From Actinomycetes bacterium (GTDB taxonomy: Bacteria; Actinomycetota; Acidimicrobiia; Acidimicrobiales; RAAP-2), in NCBI GenBank assembly GCA_021778895.1, contig JAJYBR010000001.1, positions 228,386 through 292,385 on the forward strand: a DNA stretch of 64,000 nt. The letters are read 5' to 3'. The notes below the pieces were generated by a model, which worked only from the letters and a program-made list of their open reading frames with translations, made no database searches and was not told the origin of the DNA. The position numbers and the translations under genes were made by a program. Below are positions 1-8,263 of the stretch, in pieces (the first letter of the stretch is position 1; every line of letters starts with the position of its first letter).

Positions 1-405
1 GATCTCGGGGGTCAGGGCGGTGAAGGAGGGCATGAAGAGGGCGTCGAAGGCCCCGAAGGCCACCGCGAAGACCAGCAGATCGGTCATCGTGAGGGAGTGC
101 GCGACCAGCGCCACGACCACACCACCGGTGAGGATTGCGCGCCCGGTGTCGGACACCAGCATCAGGACCCGGCGCGAGTGCCGGTCCACGATGGCCCCGC
201 CCACGAGCAAGAAGGCCACCAGCGGGATCATCCGCGCGGCGGAGAACCACGCCAGCCAGCTCACCGAGTGCGTGCGGTCCAAGATCAGGAGCGTGAAGGC
301 CACCATCGCCACGCCGTCGCCGAACTGGGACACCGTCTGCCCACTGAGCAGGAGTGCGGGTTCCCGGTGGCTCAGCAGGCGGACCAGAGCGGGCCGGCGC
401 GACAC
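1..405 (-). CDS. MFS transporter, N-terminal part (gene continues past the left window edge)
   Basis: Absent from the ORF track because no stop lies in the window. My minus-strand translation from GTG at 405 gives VSRRPALVRLLSHREPALLLSGQTVSQFGDGVAMVAFTLLILDRTHSVSWLAWFSAARMIPLVAFLLVGGAIVDRHSRRVLMLVSDTGRAILTGG, a typical MFS (MFS_3/EntS-like) N-terminus. An in-frame TAG at 415-417 closes the frame upstream. Confidence 0.6.
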   Translation of the reverse strand, partial: MSRRPALVRLLSHREPALLLSGQTVSQFGDGVAMVAFTLLILDRTHSVSWLAWFSAARMIPLVAFLLVGGAIVDRHSRRVLMLVSDTGRAILTGGVVVALVAHSLTMTDLLVFAVAFGAFDALFMPSFTALTPEI

Positions 406-433
406 GACATCAACCTAGACGACGGCCTCGTCG

Positions 434-892
434 ATGCTGAGGGTCGCCACAGTCGGGTGGCCCGTCGACGGTCGAAGTCGCGCCGGTAGGGTCGGCGTCG
501 TGGAGGCTCCAGCGACGATCGTCTTTGACGGCGACTGCGCCTGGTGCCGCGCGCTGGCCGCGTGGGCGCGAAGGCGCCTTCCCGCCGACGTCGAGCTGGT
601 GGACGCGCGGGCCTGGCACGAGCGCTTCGCGCAGCCCAGCGCGGCCGAGCTGGCCACGAGTGTGTGGTGGCTCGAGGGCGAGCGGCGCTGGAGTGGCGCG
701 GCGGCGGTCGCGCGGGCCCTGCGCGCCCTGGGCGGACCGTGGCGGGCGATCGGTGCGGTCCTGGACCACCCGGCACTGCGGCCGGCGGCCGCGTCCGCCT
801 ACCGATTCGTCGCCCGCCACCGGTGCGGGTGGCGCTGCGCCGCGGACCGGCCGGCGGAGGCTGGACGTACCATGAGCCCATGGAGTACGTAA
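434..892 (+). CDS. Thiol-disulfide oxidoreductase DCC family (DUF393) protein
   Basis: ORF 434..892 contains IVFDGDCAWCRALAAW, the DCC-family D-G-x-C-x-x-C motif, and is about 150 aa. The start is uncertain (ATG 434 or GTG 500). The 3' end overlaps the next gene by 13 nt. Confidence 0.7.
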   Translation: MLRVATVGWPVDGRSRAGRVGVVEAPATIVFDGDCAWCRALAAWARRRLPADVELVDARAWHERFAQPSAAELATSVWWLEGERRWSGAAAVARALRALGGPWRAIGAVLDHPALRPAAASAYRFVARHRCGWRCAADRPAEAGRTMSPWST

Positions 893-1851
893 ACCTCGGC
901 GCGACGGGACTGCGCGTGTCGCGGATCTGTCTCGGACTCATGAGCTATGGCCGGCCCGGTCAGGGCAACCAGCCCTGGTCGCTCGATCGCGACGAGGCTG
1001 CGCCCTTCTACCGCCAAGCCGTGGAGGCCGGCATCACCTTCTTCGACACCGCCAACGTCTACTCGGCGGGCTCGAGCGAGGAGATCACCGGCGAGATCCT
1101 GTGGGACCTCGCTCCGCGCGACGAGATCGTCCTGGCGACCAAGGTGCACGGGCGCATGCACGACGACCCCAACGGCCAGGGGCTGTCGCGCAAGGCGATC
1201 CTGCGCGAGGTCGACGCGAGCCTGCGCCGACTGCGCACCGACTACATCGACCTGTACCAGATCCACCGCTGGGACCCCCACACCCCCCTCGAGGAGACCC
1301 TGGACGCGCTCGACACGCTGGTGCGCTCGGGCAAGGTGCGCTACCTCGGCGCGTCATCGATGTTCGCCTGGCAGTTCGCCAAGGCGCTGTTCGTGGCCGA
1401 CCAGCGCGGCGCGAGCCGATTCGTGTCGATGCAGAACCACTACAACCTCCTGTACCGCGAGGAGGAGCGCGAGATGATGCCGCTGCTGGCGGACCAGGGC
1501 GTGGCGTCGATCCCGTGGAGTCCGCTGGCGCGCGGGCGCCTGACTCGGCCGTGGGGCGCGGTCACGGGCCGCTCGCAGCAGGATGTCTTCGGCGCCAACC
1601 TCTACCACGACAGCGACCAGGCGGTCGTGGCCGCGACGATCGCCGTGGCCGAGCGTCGGGGCATCTCGCCCGCCCAGGTGGCCCTGGCGTGGGTCCTCTC
1701 GCACGACGTCGTGGCCAGCCCGATCGTGGGGGCGACCAAGCCTCACCACCTCGCCGATGCCGTCGCCGCCCTCGACGTCCACCTCAGCGCCGACGAGGTC
1801 GCCCAACTCGAGTCGCCCTACGTGCCCCACCCCGTAGCGGGGCACCAGTAG
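880..1851 (+). CDS. Aldo/keto reductase
   Basis: Internal ATG at 880 of ORF 544..1851. MEYVNLGATGLRVSRICLGLMSYG, FFDTANVYS, DYIDLYQIHRWD and GKVRYLGASS are canonical AKR motifs. The upstream 112 codons are Arg/Gly-rich junk. Confidence 0.9.
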   Translation: MEYVNLGATGLRVSRICLGLMSYGRPGQGNQPWSLDRDEAAPFYRQAVEAGITFFDTANVYSAGSSEEITGEILWDLAPRDEIVLATKVHGRMHDDPNGQGLSRKAILREVDASLRRLRTDYIDLYQIHRWDPHTPLEETLDALDTLVRSGKVRYLGASSMFAWQFAKALFVADQRGASRFVSMQNHYNLLYREEEREMMPLLADQGVASIPWSPLARGRLTRPWGAVTGRSQQDVFGANLYHDSDQAVVAATIAVAERRGISPAQVALAWVLSHDVVASPIVGATKPHHLADAVAALDVHLSADEVAQLESPYVPHPVAGHQ

Positions 1852-1864
1852 CCGTCGGCGCGCC

Positions 1865-3496
1865 TCAGCGCTGGACGATCGAGGAGGTTCCCGTGCTCCC
1901 GTCGGGGTCGGTCACGGTCAGGGGATGACGGCCCGCAGCGAGGTTCGAGCGCACGATGCGCACGACGAGGCGCTGGGGGGAGACGGCCATGACGCGGATC
2001 GCCATCCCCACGACCCGGACGTGCGGCGTGCCGTAGAACCCGCTGCCCAGGATCACGATGGTGGTCGCACCGTGGGCGGGCACCGTGCCCCGCACGGTCC
2101 GCAGCACCAGCACCGGCTGGTACGCCGCCACGGGAGCGACGAAGGACTGGAAGTGGCGTGAGGCGTCGGTGTAGCGACCCCCGACCAGGCAGCTTCCCCC
2201 CGGCGCGCAGGCCAAGGCGAGTGCTGCGGCGTCGTGGCCCGCGTTGTCGGCCTGGGCGACCAGGGCCGCACGGCCCCAGACACCCGACTGCTCGGCGGCG
2301 GTGAAAGCCACCGGACCGCCGGTGCTCAAGGAGAGTTCCCCAGCCACCACGCACGCCCCGACGGCGGGGCAGGTCAGAGCGGAGCCCGTGGCGCTGGCGA
2401 CCGCCACGCCGCGGGGCCCCGCGACCGGCGTGATCGGGCGGCCCGGGGCCCAGTGACCGACCACCTCGGTCACCACGAACGGCGTCATCGCACCCGTGGC
2501 CGCGGTCGCGGTGGCCAGGACGGTGCACGCGCGGGCATTGGCACACGCGACGGCATCAGCGCTGGTGGGCTCGTTCGACACCGGTGCGGCGATGGCCTCG
2601 ACGGTGCCCCACGTGCCCTGCTGCTCGAGCAGTGCGATGGCGCGCCGGCCGGCGGTCATCGTGGCCGTTCCCACCGCCGCGCAGGTGCCGACGGCGCTGC
2701 AGGTCAGATCGGTGATGGCGCTCGAGGTGGCGACGCCGCCGGGAACGAGCACCACCGGCTTGGACCACAGCCCGTTGCGCTCGGCGTCGACGAACGCGCT
2801 GGTCGTGCCCGCCGCGGTGGCCGAGCCCGCCACGACGCACGTGTCGGCCGCGGGGCACGAGGACGCCGAGACCGTCGCATTGCCCCCGGAGTTCACGACT
2901 GCGCCGATCTGGGTCGCCTCCCCCCAGGTCCCCGCACTGTCGAGAACCGCGAAGGCGCGCTGCTTGCCCGCGGCGTCGCGATACCGGCCGCCCACCACGC
3001 ACGAGTCAGCGGACGCGCAGCTCACGGTGGTCGCGACCGCGTCGCCCCCGGCGTTGAGGGGATCGGCGATGCTCTGGGTCGAGCCCCAGACGCCGCTGGA
3101 CTCTTGCACGAGGAAGGCCTGGTGCTGGCCCGCCGCGTCGGTGTAGAAGCCGACCACCACGCAGTCGCCCGCGTCCACGCAGCTCACGCTCGTCGCGGCG
3201 GCATCGCCGCCCAGGTTCAAGATCGTCGCCAGCCGCTTCACTTCGCCCCAGTTGCCCGTGACCTGCTCGGCGACGTACGCCTGGTGCTGGCCCGCCGCGT
3301 CGGTGTAGAAGCCCGCCGCCACGCAGCTGCCCGCCTGCGGGCACGTCAACGCGGTCGTCATGGCCGCACCGCCCGCGTTCACGACCGCGGCCAGGGTGAC
3401 GACGGGATCCGTGCTCGCGCTGGTCACCGGGGCGGCACCGAGCAGCAGGACACCCGCAACGAGAGTCACCGCACGAACTCTCGACGCTCGGCCCAT
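1865..3496 (-). CDS. Secreted repeat protein: signal peptide, eight ~52-aa C-x5-C repeats, C-terminal IPT/TIG-like Ig domain
   Basis: ORF 1865..3586. I prefer the internal ATG at 3496, which follows GGAGGGG by 8 nt. The signal peptide is MGRASRVRAVTLVAGVLLLGAAPVTSAST. Repeats look like SCVDAGDCVVVGFYTDAAGQHQAFLVQESSGVWG. The C-terminus is TIVILGSGFYGTPHVRVVGM...PLTVTDPDGSTG. Confidence 0.75.
   Translation of the reverse strand: MGRASRVRAVTLVAGVLLLGAAPVTSASTDPVVTLAAVVNAGGAAMTTALTCPQAGSCVAAGFYTDAAGQHQAYVAEQVTGNWGEVKRLATILNLGGDAAATSVSCVDAGDCVVVGFYTDAAGQHQAFLVQESSGVWGSTQSIADPLNAGGDAVATTVSCASADSCVVGGRYRDAAGKQRAFAVLDSAGTWGEATQIGAVVNSGGNATVSASSCPAADTCVVAGSATAAGTTSAFVDAERNGLWSKPVVLVPGGVATSSAITDLTCSAVGTCAAVGTATMTAGRRAIALLEQQGTWGTVEAIAAPVSNEPTSADAVACANARACTVLATATAATGAMTPFVVTEVVGHWAPGRPITPVAGPRGVAVASATGSALTCPAVGACVVAGELSLSTGGPVAFTAAEQSGVWGRAALVAQADNAGHDAAALALACAPGGSCLVGGRYTDASRHFQSFVAPVAAYQPVLVLRTVRGTVPAHGATTIVILGSGFYGTPHVRVVGMAIRVMAVSPQRLVVRIVRSNLAAGRHPLTVTDPDGSTGTSSIVQR
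2132..3379 (-). repeat. Eight tandem coding repeats (~156-162 nt each) inside the secreted-protein gene
   Basis: The protein-level periodicity is about 52-54 aa with an invariant C-x5-C. Repeats 1 and 2 keep a 35-nt identical stretch, gcctggtgctggcccgccgcgtcggtgtagaagcc, at 3117-3151 and 3279-3313. The offset is 162 nt. Confidence 0.8.
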
Positions 3497-3687
3497 CGAG
3501 ATCCCCTCCCCATCGTGATCCTGTGGCCCCACGGTACTGCCGGTCGTCGCGGCACAGTGCCGGGCGGTGCCACATAAATCTGTCACCGCCGCGATGCAAC
3601 GCCGCTAACATTCGTTTCAAGGAATCCAGACTGATTTAGTCATATTTACATCTCTTTCGAGGTCCCGGGACCGGAAAGGCGTTGCAC

Positions 3688-4617
3688 ATGCGAATCGCGT
3701 CCGACATCACCGAGCTGATCGGCCGAACCCCCCTGGTGCGCCTCAATCACCTGGTGGACCCCGCCGTGGTCACTGTTGCCGCCAAGCTTGAGTACTTCAA
3801 TCCCTCCGGTTCGGTCAAGGACCGGGCGGCCGTGGGCATGGTCGACGCGGCCGAGGCGGCGGGCCTGCTCCATCCGGGCGACACCATCGTCGAGCCCACC
3901 AGTGGCAACACTGGGATCGCCCTGGCGATGATTGCCGCCGCGCGGGGCTACCGCTGCGTGCTGACCATGCCGGACACGATGAGTATGGAGCGGCGCATGC
4001 TGCTGCGGGGCTACGGCGCCGAGCTCATCTTGACCCCCGGGTCGGGAGGCATGAACGCCGCCATCGCCAAGGCCGGCGAGTTGCGCGACGAGCACGGCTA
4101 CTTCATGCCGCAGCAGTTCGAGAACCCCGCCAACCCGAGCTTCCACGAGGCGACGACTGCCCAGGAGATCTGGGAGGACACGGACGGGACGGTGGACGTC
4201 GTCGTGGCGGGCGTCGGTACGGGAGGGACGATCACCGGTGTGGGTCGGGGACTCAAGGCCCGCAAGCCCGGCGTGCGGATCGTCGCGGTGGAGCCCGCGG
4301 CCTCGCCGGTCCTGTCGGGGGGCGAGAAGGGCCCGCACCCCCTCCAGGGGATCGGTGCCGGATTCGTTCCCGTGAACTACGACGCCACGGTCGTCGACGA
4401 GGTGCTCACGGTCCAGAACGCCGATGCCCTGGCGGCGTCGCGCGCGATGGCCACCCAGGAGGGACTCCTGGTCGGCATCTCCTCGGGAGCCGCGATACGA
4501 GCCACACTGGATCTGGCCGCCCGTCCCGAGTCAGCCGGCCAGACCATCGTGGTCATCATCCCGTCGTTTGGCGAGCGCTACCTCTCGACGGTGCTCTTCG
4601 AAGGGATGGGCGACTGA
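3688..4617 (+). CDS. cysK: Cysteine synthase A (O-acetylserine sulfhydrylase)
   Basis: [34 protein letters not shown] (PLP lysine) and [12 protein letters not shown]. About 309 aa. The track ORF starts at TTG 3682; ATG 3688 is preferred. Confidence 0.92.
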   Translation: MRIASDITELIGRTPLVRLNHLVDPAVVTVAAKLEYFNPSGSVKDRAAVGMVDAAEAAGLLHPGDTIVEPTSGNTGIALAMIAAARGYRCVLTMPDTMSMERRMLLRGYGAELILTPGSGGMNAAIAKAGELRDEHGYFMPQQFENPANPSFHEATTAQEIWEDTDGTVDVVVAGVGTGGTITGVGRGLKARKPGVRIVAVEPAASPVLSGGEKGPHPLQGIGAGFVPVNYDATVVDEVLTVQNADALAASRAMATQEGLLVGISSGAAIRATLDLAARPESAGQTIVVIIPSFGERYLSTVLFEGMGD

Positions 4618-5210
4618 TGCTGCGCCAGTTACGGACCGAGTTGCGCGACGACTTGCACGCCGCGCTGGAGAACGACCCCGCCGCGCGCAATGCGTGGGAC
4701 GTGGCCCTGACGTACCCCGGCGTCCACGCCATCTGGGGGCACCGCGTCGCGAACGTCCTGTGGCACCACGGACATCGCATGAGCGCGAGACTGCTCTCCT
4801 CGCTGGTGCGGATGGCGACGGCCGTCGACATCCATCCCGCCGCGACGATCGGCCACCGGCTGTTCATCGATCACGCGCTCGGTGTGGTCATCGGCGAGAC
4901 GGCCGAGATCGGCGACGACGTCGTGATGTTCCACGGCGTGACTCTGGGCGGCGTGTCGATGAGTCGGGGCAAGCGCCATCCGACCATCGGCGATCGGGTG
5001 ATGCTCGGAGCTGGTTGCGTAGTGCTGGGGCCGGTGACGATCGGTGACGACTGCGCTATCGGTGCGCAGTCCGTGGTGACCAAGGACGTGCCAGCGGGAA
5101 GTGTGGTCGTGGGGGTACCCGGCCAGATCGTGGGCCCGAACCGACGCCGGATCGTGCCTGCGCCGCCGCGGCGTGTGCGCGGAGGGCCGTCCAGCTCCCA
5201 CGTGGCCTGA
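4617..5210 (+). CDS. cysE: Serine O-acetyltransferase
   Basis: DPAARNAWDVALTYPGVHAIWGHRVAN, IHPAATIGHRLFIDHALGVVIGETAEIGDDVVMFHGVTLGG (hexapeptide repeats). Its ATG overlaps the cysK stop (TGATG). Confidence 0.92.
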   Translation: MLRQLRTELRDDLHAALENDPAARNAWDVALTYPGVHAIWGHRVANVLWHHGHRMSARLLSSLVRMATAVDIHPAATIGHRLFIDHALGVVIGETAEIGDDVVMFHGVTLGGVSMSRGKRHPTIGDRVMLGAGCVVLGPVTIGDDCAIGAQSVVTKDVPAGSVVVGVPGQIVGPNRRRIVPAPPRRVRGGPSSSHVA

Positions 5211-5432
5211 GGTTCGCCAGCGCCGACGCGGGAGCGGCCGACCCGGGCGGGGCGTGTGCGACGTGACCGCGCCCGAAGGGCGACGTTCCTGGTCACGATG
5301 GACTCTCGGTGGACCTGAGGGCGCCACCCGGTTCTCGGATTGGCGCCAAACGCTGACGCGCGACTCCTTGTGCGGGGTCGTACCGGGGATCTTCGTGCCT
5401 CCGGGCCGGTCACGCGGGTGACAGCCCCCGAG

Positions 5433-5503
5433 AGCGGGTGACGGGAATCGAACCCGCATGGCCAGCTTGGAAGGCTGGAACTCTACCATTGAGCTACACC
5501 CGC
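5433..5503 (-). tRNA. tRNA-Gly (anticodon TCC)
   Basis: The reverse complement folds as a cloverleaf: GCGGGTG-TA-GCTC..GAGT-CCAGC-CTTCCAA-GCTGG-CCAT-GCGGG-TTCGATT-CCCGT-CACCCGC-T. The acceptor stem pairs perfectly, the anticodon loop is CTTCCAA and the T-loop is TTCGATT. Confidence 0.9.
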
Positions 5504-5649
5504 AAAGGCTGGGTCAGTCTAGATCAGGTGTTGCGACGCCCGAACCCCCCAACGGCCGGCGTCGGCGCGTGGTCGGTGCGGACCCCCGAAGGAGGGAACG
5601 CTGCGCCGACGCGGGTGCGGGGCGACGAGCGCTGTCATCACGCGGTTTT

Positions 5650-6228
5650 GTGACACCGGTGTCCTACATTGGACTCGTGATCGATCGGATGGGGACGGGT
5701 CCGTCGACGGTGTCGGTGACGCCGATCTCTCCGGGAGTGACGAGGCCGTGGATCCTCCTGTTCGCCGTTGTCGCGACCGTGCGCGAGGTGGTGGACGTGG
5801 TCTCGGGAGCGGAGCGCTGGCAGCCGTGGCTCTATGCGGTGTTCGCCGGTCCGATCCTGATCGTGGCCCTGGCGCGCTCGGTGCGCTGGCGGTCCCACAA
5901 GATCCACGTCCACGAGTACGGCGTGACGGTCGAGCGAGGCTTGGGGCGACGGGGACGAACCAGCGTCGCCTGGGCCGACATTGGCGTCGTGGAGGTCCAG
6001 CGGGGTCTGCGCGATCGACTCTCCGGACGCGGGCAGGTCGTGCTCGAGACCGCGGCGGGAACGTGGACGCTCGGTCTGGTACGCCATCCTCTGGCCCTGG
6101 CGCGGGTGATCGAGTCGGCCCAACACGATGCCGGTGCCGGCCGCAACGCCCGGGACGAGGCGGAGGCGTGGCCGGTGTCGCGCGCACCGAGCGGGCGACG
6201 GCACTCGCGTTTCGAGCCGGTACGGTAG
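5650..6228 (+). CDS. Membrane protein with bacterial PH domain (bPH_2/YdbS-YdbT-like)
   Basis: This is the 3' part of ORF 5458..6228; the 5' part overlaps the tRNA and is rejected. It has two hydrophobic helices (PWILLFAVVATV, WLYAVFAGPILIVALA). These are followed by HVHEYGVTVERGLGRRGRTSVAWADIGVVEVQRGLRDRLSGRGQVVLETAAG, typical of bPH_2. The start is GTG 5650 or ATG 5689. Confidence 0.6.
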   Translation: MTPVSYIGLVIDRMGTGPSTVSVTPISPGVTRPWILLFAVVATVREVVDVVSGAERWQPWLYAVFAGPILIVALARSVRWRSHKIHVHEYGVTVERGLGRRGRTSVAWADIGVVEVQRGLRDRLSGRGQVVLETAAGTWTLGLVRHPLALARVIESAQHDAGAGRNARDEAEAWPVSRAPSGRRHSRFEPVR

Positions 6229-6232
6229 AGGA

Positions 6233-6445
6233 GTGGGAACTCGGTACCGGTGCACGGCGTGCGGAAACTTGACCCGCTTCGACGTCGTCGAGACGACGTC
6301 GGTGCGTTCCTTCTACCACTTCACCGTCGGCGGTGAGCTCGAGGTCGAAGAGCCCGAGGTGTTGAGCTCGACGGTCGAGTCCGTGTCGTGCCGGTGGTGC
6401 GGCCACGGACGCGCGGTCGAGATCATCGACGACACCCTGGCGTGA
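6233..6445 (+). CDS. Small zinc-ribbon protein (2 x CxxC), function unknown
   Basis: GTG 6233 follows GAGGAG and lies 4 nt after the previous stop. The sequence is VGTRYRCTACGNLTRFDV...VSCRWCGHGRAV, 70 aa. Confidence 0.55.
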   Translation: MGTRYRCTACGNLTRFDVVETTSVRSFYHFTVGGELEVEEPEVLSSTVESVSCRWCGHGRAVEIIDDTLA

Positions 6446-6528
6446 CCCTGCGCTCCATTGGCGGCTCGGGTCCTCGACCCGGGCCGGCCGTTCTCCAAGG
6501 TGTCGACCCGACGGGTGTGTGGCGCGAG

Positions 6529-6828
6529 ATGGCCCTTGTGCGTGAGACGATCGCCTTGGTGGTCAAGCCGGGCTGCGACAGCTGCGGCGCGTTCCTCGCA
6601 ACGACTCCGCGCTACGCGCCAGGCGACGTCATCGTCGTGACCAGTTACGAGGGTCGGTGGCCCGAGGCGCGCAACGTCTGGCGCGCCCCGCAGTGGCTCC
6701 GGACCTGGCGAGCCGACGCCGCGCCCTACTACCTCGCGCTCGACCCTCGCGGTCCCGTCATCCGGGCGGAGGGTGCGCTGTTCTCGTGGGACCAGGTCCT
6801 CGCCGAGGTCGCCGCGTCGCCGACCTGA
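6529..6828 (+). CDS. Hypothetical protein with CxxC (thioredoxin-like?) motif
   Basis: ATG 6529 within ORF 6388..6828. MALVRETIALVVKPGCDSCGAFL resembles a beta-strand followed by a CxxC active site. 99 aa, and codon third positions are GC-rich. Confidence 0.45.
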   Translation: MALVRETIALVVKPGCDSCGAFLATTPRYAPGDVIVVTSYEGRWPEARNVWRAPQWLRTWRADAAPYYLALDPRGPVIRAEGALFSWDQVLAEVAASPT

Positions 6829-6856
6829 TGTCACAGGGTCCGGCGAGACTGCTCGC

Positions 6857-7066
6857 GTGGAACCCAACGACATCGGCGACATCGAGCTGTGCATCAGCTG
6901 CGACGCCTGCGTGCGCCGCGGAACACCCCACTGCGATGACTGTCTCGTGCAGTTCGTGCTCGGCGGACCGCCGGACGAGCTCACGATGAGCCCTCGCGAC
7001 GCGGACATCATCACGCTGCTCACCGGACAGGGTCTGATGCCGCGACTGAAGTACCGGAGCCGCTAG
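6857..7066 (+). CDS. Small Cys-rich protein (CxxCxxC...CxxC), function unknown
   Basis: GTG 6857 within ORF 6773..7066. VEPNDIGDIELCISCDACVRRGTPHCDDCLVQFVLGG, 69 aa. Confidence 0.45.
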   Translation: MEPNDIGDIELCISCDACVRRGTPHCDDCLVQFVLGGPPDELTMSPRDADIITLLTGQGLMPRLKYRSR

Positions 7067-7092
7067 TTCGGGCGATTCGGTAGCGTTGGGCG

Positions 7093-8262
7093 GTGGCGCG
7101 CCACCTCCTCGTGACCAATGACTTCCCGCCCAAGACGGGAGGGATCCAGGTCTACCTCCACGAGTTGTGGCGACGTCTCGAGCCGGGGCGTGCCGTGGTG
7201 CTGACGGCAGCCTCCGACCCGGCCGCCGCGAGCTTCGACGCCGCCAGCGACCTCGCGATCGAGCGCGTGGACGCGTCGAGGCTGTACGTGCCCACCCCCC
7301 GGGCCTACGCCGCCATCGAACAGGCCATCCGCCGGCACCGGCCCGAGCTCGTATTGCTGGACCCGGCGTGGCCGCTGGGTCTGCTCGGGCCGCACCTGTC
7401 GGTCCCCTACGGCGTGGTCCTGCACGGGGCCGAGGTGGCGATTCCCGGCCGCGTTCCGCTGGTGGCCTCGTCCCTGCGTCGCGTGCTACGCCATGCGACG
7501 GTCGTCGTCGCCGCAGGTGGCTATCCCGAAGAGGAGGCACGGCGCGTCGTCGGCGACGCGATGCCGCCCGTCGTGCGCGTGCCCCCGGGAGTCGACACCG
7601 CGCGCTTCGTCCCCGTAGAGGAGGAGCAGCGCCGAGCGGTGCGGGAACGGTGGGGCATCCCGGGCGACGCGATGGTGATCTCCTCGTATTCGCGCCTCGT
7701 TCCGCGCAAGGGCATGGACGTCCTGATCCGGGCTAGCGCCCGCCTGCGCGAGCGGTGGCCCGATCTCGTCGTCGTGATCGGGGGAGCGGGACGCGACCGC
7801 CACCGGCTCGGCCGGCTCGTGGCGCGCAGCGGGGCGCCGGTGCGTCTCTTAGGACGCATTCCCGACGAGGACCTCGCAGCGTGGCTCGCCTCGAGTGACC
7901 TGTTCGTGATGGACTGCCGCAGCCGGTGGGGCGGTCTGGAGCAGGAGGGATTCGGGATCGTCTTCGTCGAGGCGGCGGCCTGCGGCCTCGCCCAGGTGGC
8001 GGGTCGCTCGGGCGGCAGCCACGAGGCGGTCGTCGATGGCGCCACGGGACTCGTCGTCGCGCATCCGTCGCGGACGAGTGCGCTGGCCGACGCGCTGGCC
8101 ACGCTGCTGGGTGACGACGCACGCCGCACCGCCATGGGCACCGCCGCGCGCGACCTGGCCCTCACCAGCTTCGACTGGTCGGTGCTGGCCACGCGCCTCG
8201 GACGGGATCTGGCCCCCTTCGATGGATGGTCCGGGGGTGGCACCCCCGCCAGCGGGTCCTGA
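7093..8262 (+). CDS. Glycosyltransferase family 4 (PimB-like mannosyltransferase type)
   Basis: The N-terminus is HLLVTNDFPPKTGGIQVYLHELW. The C-terminal half has GRLVPRKG and EQEGFGIVFVEAAACGLAQVAGRSGG (GT4 E-x7-E region). 389 aa. Confidence 0.85.
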   Translation: MARHLLVTNDFPPKTGGIQVYLHELWRRLEPGRAVVLTAASDPAAASFDAASDLAIERVDASRLYVPTPRAYAAIEQAIRRHRPELVLLDPAWPLGLLGPHLSVPYGVVLHGAEVAIPGRVPLVASSLRRVLRHATVVVAAGGYPEEEARRVVGDAMPPVVRVPPGVDTARFVPVEEEQRRAVRERWGIPGDAMVISSYSRLVPRKGMDVLIRASARLRERWPDLVVVIGGAGRDRHRLGRLVARSGAPVRLLGRIPDEDLAAWLASSDLFVMDCRSRWGGLEQEGFGIVFVEAAACGLAQVAGRSGGSHEAVVDGATGLVVAHPSRTSALADALATLLGDDARRTAMGTAARDLALTSFDWSVLATRLGRDLAPFDGWSGGGTPASGS

Positions 8263-8263
8263 C

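Noticed and set aside
544-879. The long N-terminal extension of the aldo/keto reductase ORF (track ORF 544..1851).
   Set aside because: The extension is Arg/Gly/Ala-rich with no family resemblance. It overlaps the DCC-family gene in another frame. The AKR family N-terminus begins exactly at the internal ATG at 880.
5458-5649. The 5' part of ORF 5458..6228, which overlaps tRNA-Gly.
   Set aside because: It runs antisense through the tRNA gene and encodes Arg/Pro-rich low-complexity sequence. The recognisable PH-domain membrane protein begins at 5650 or 5689.
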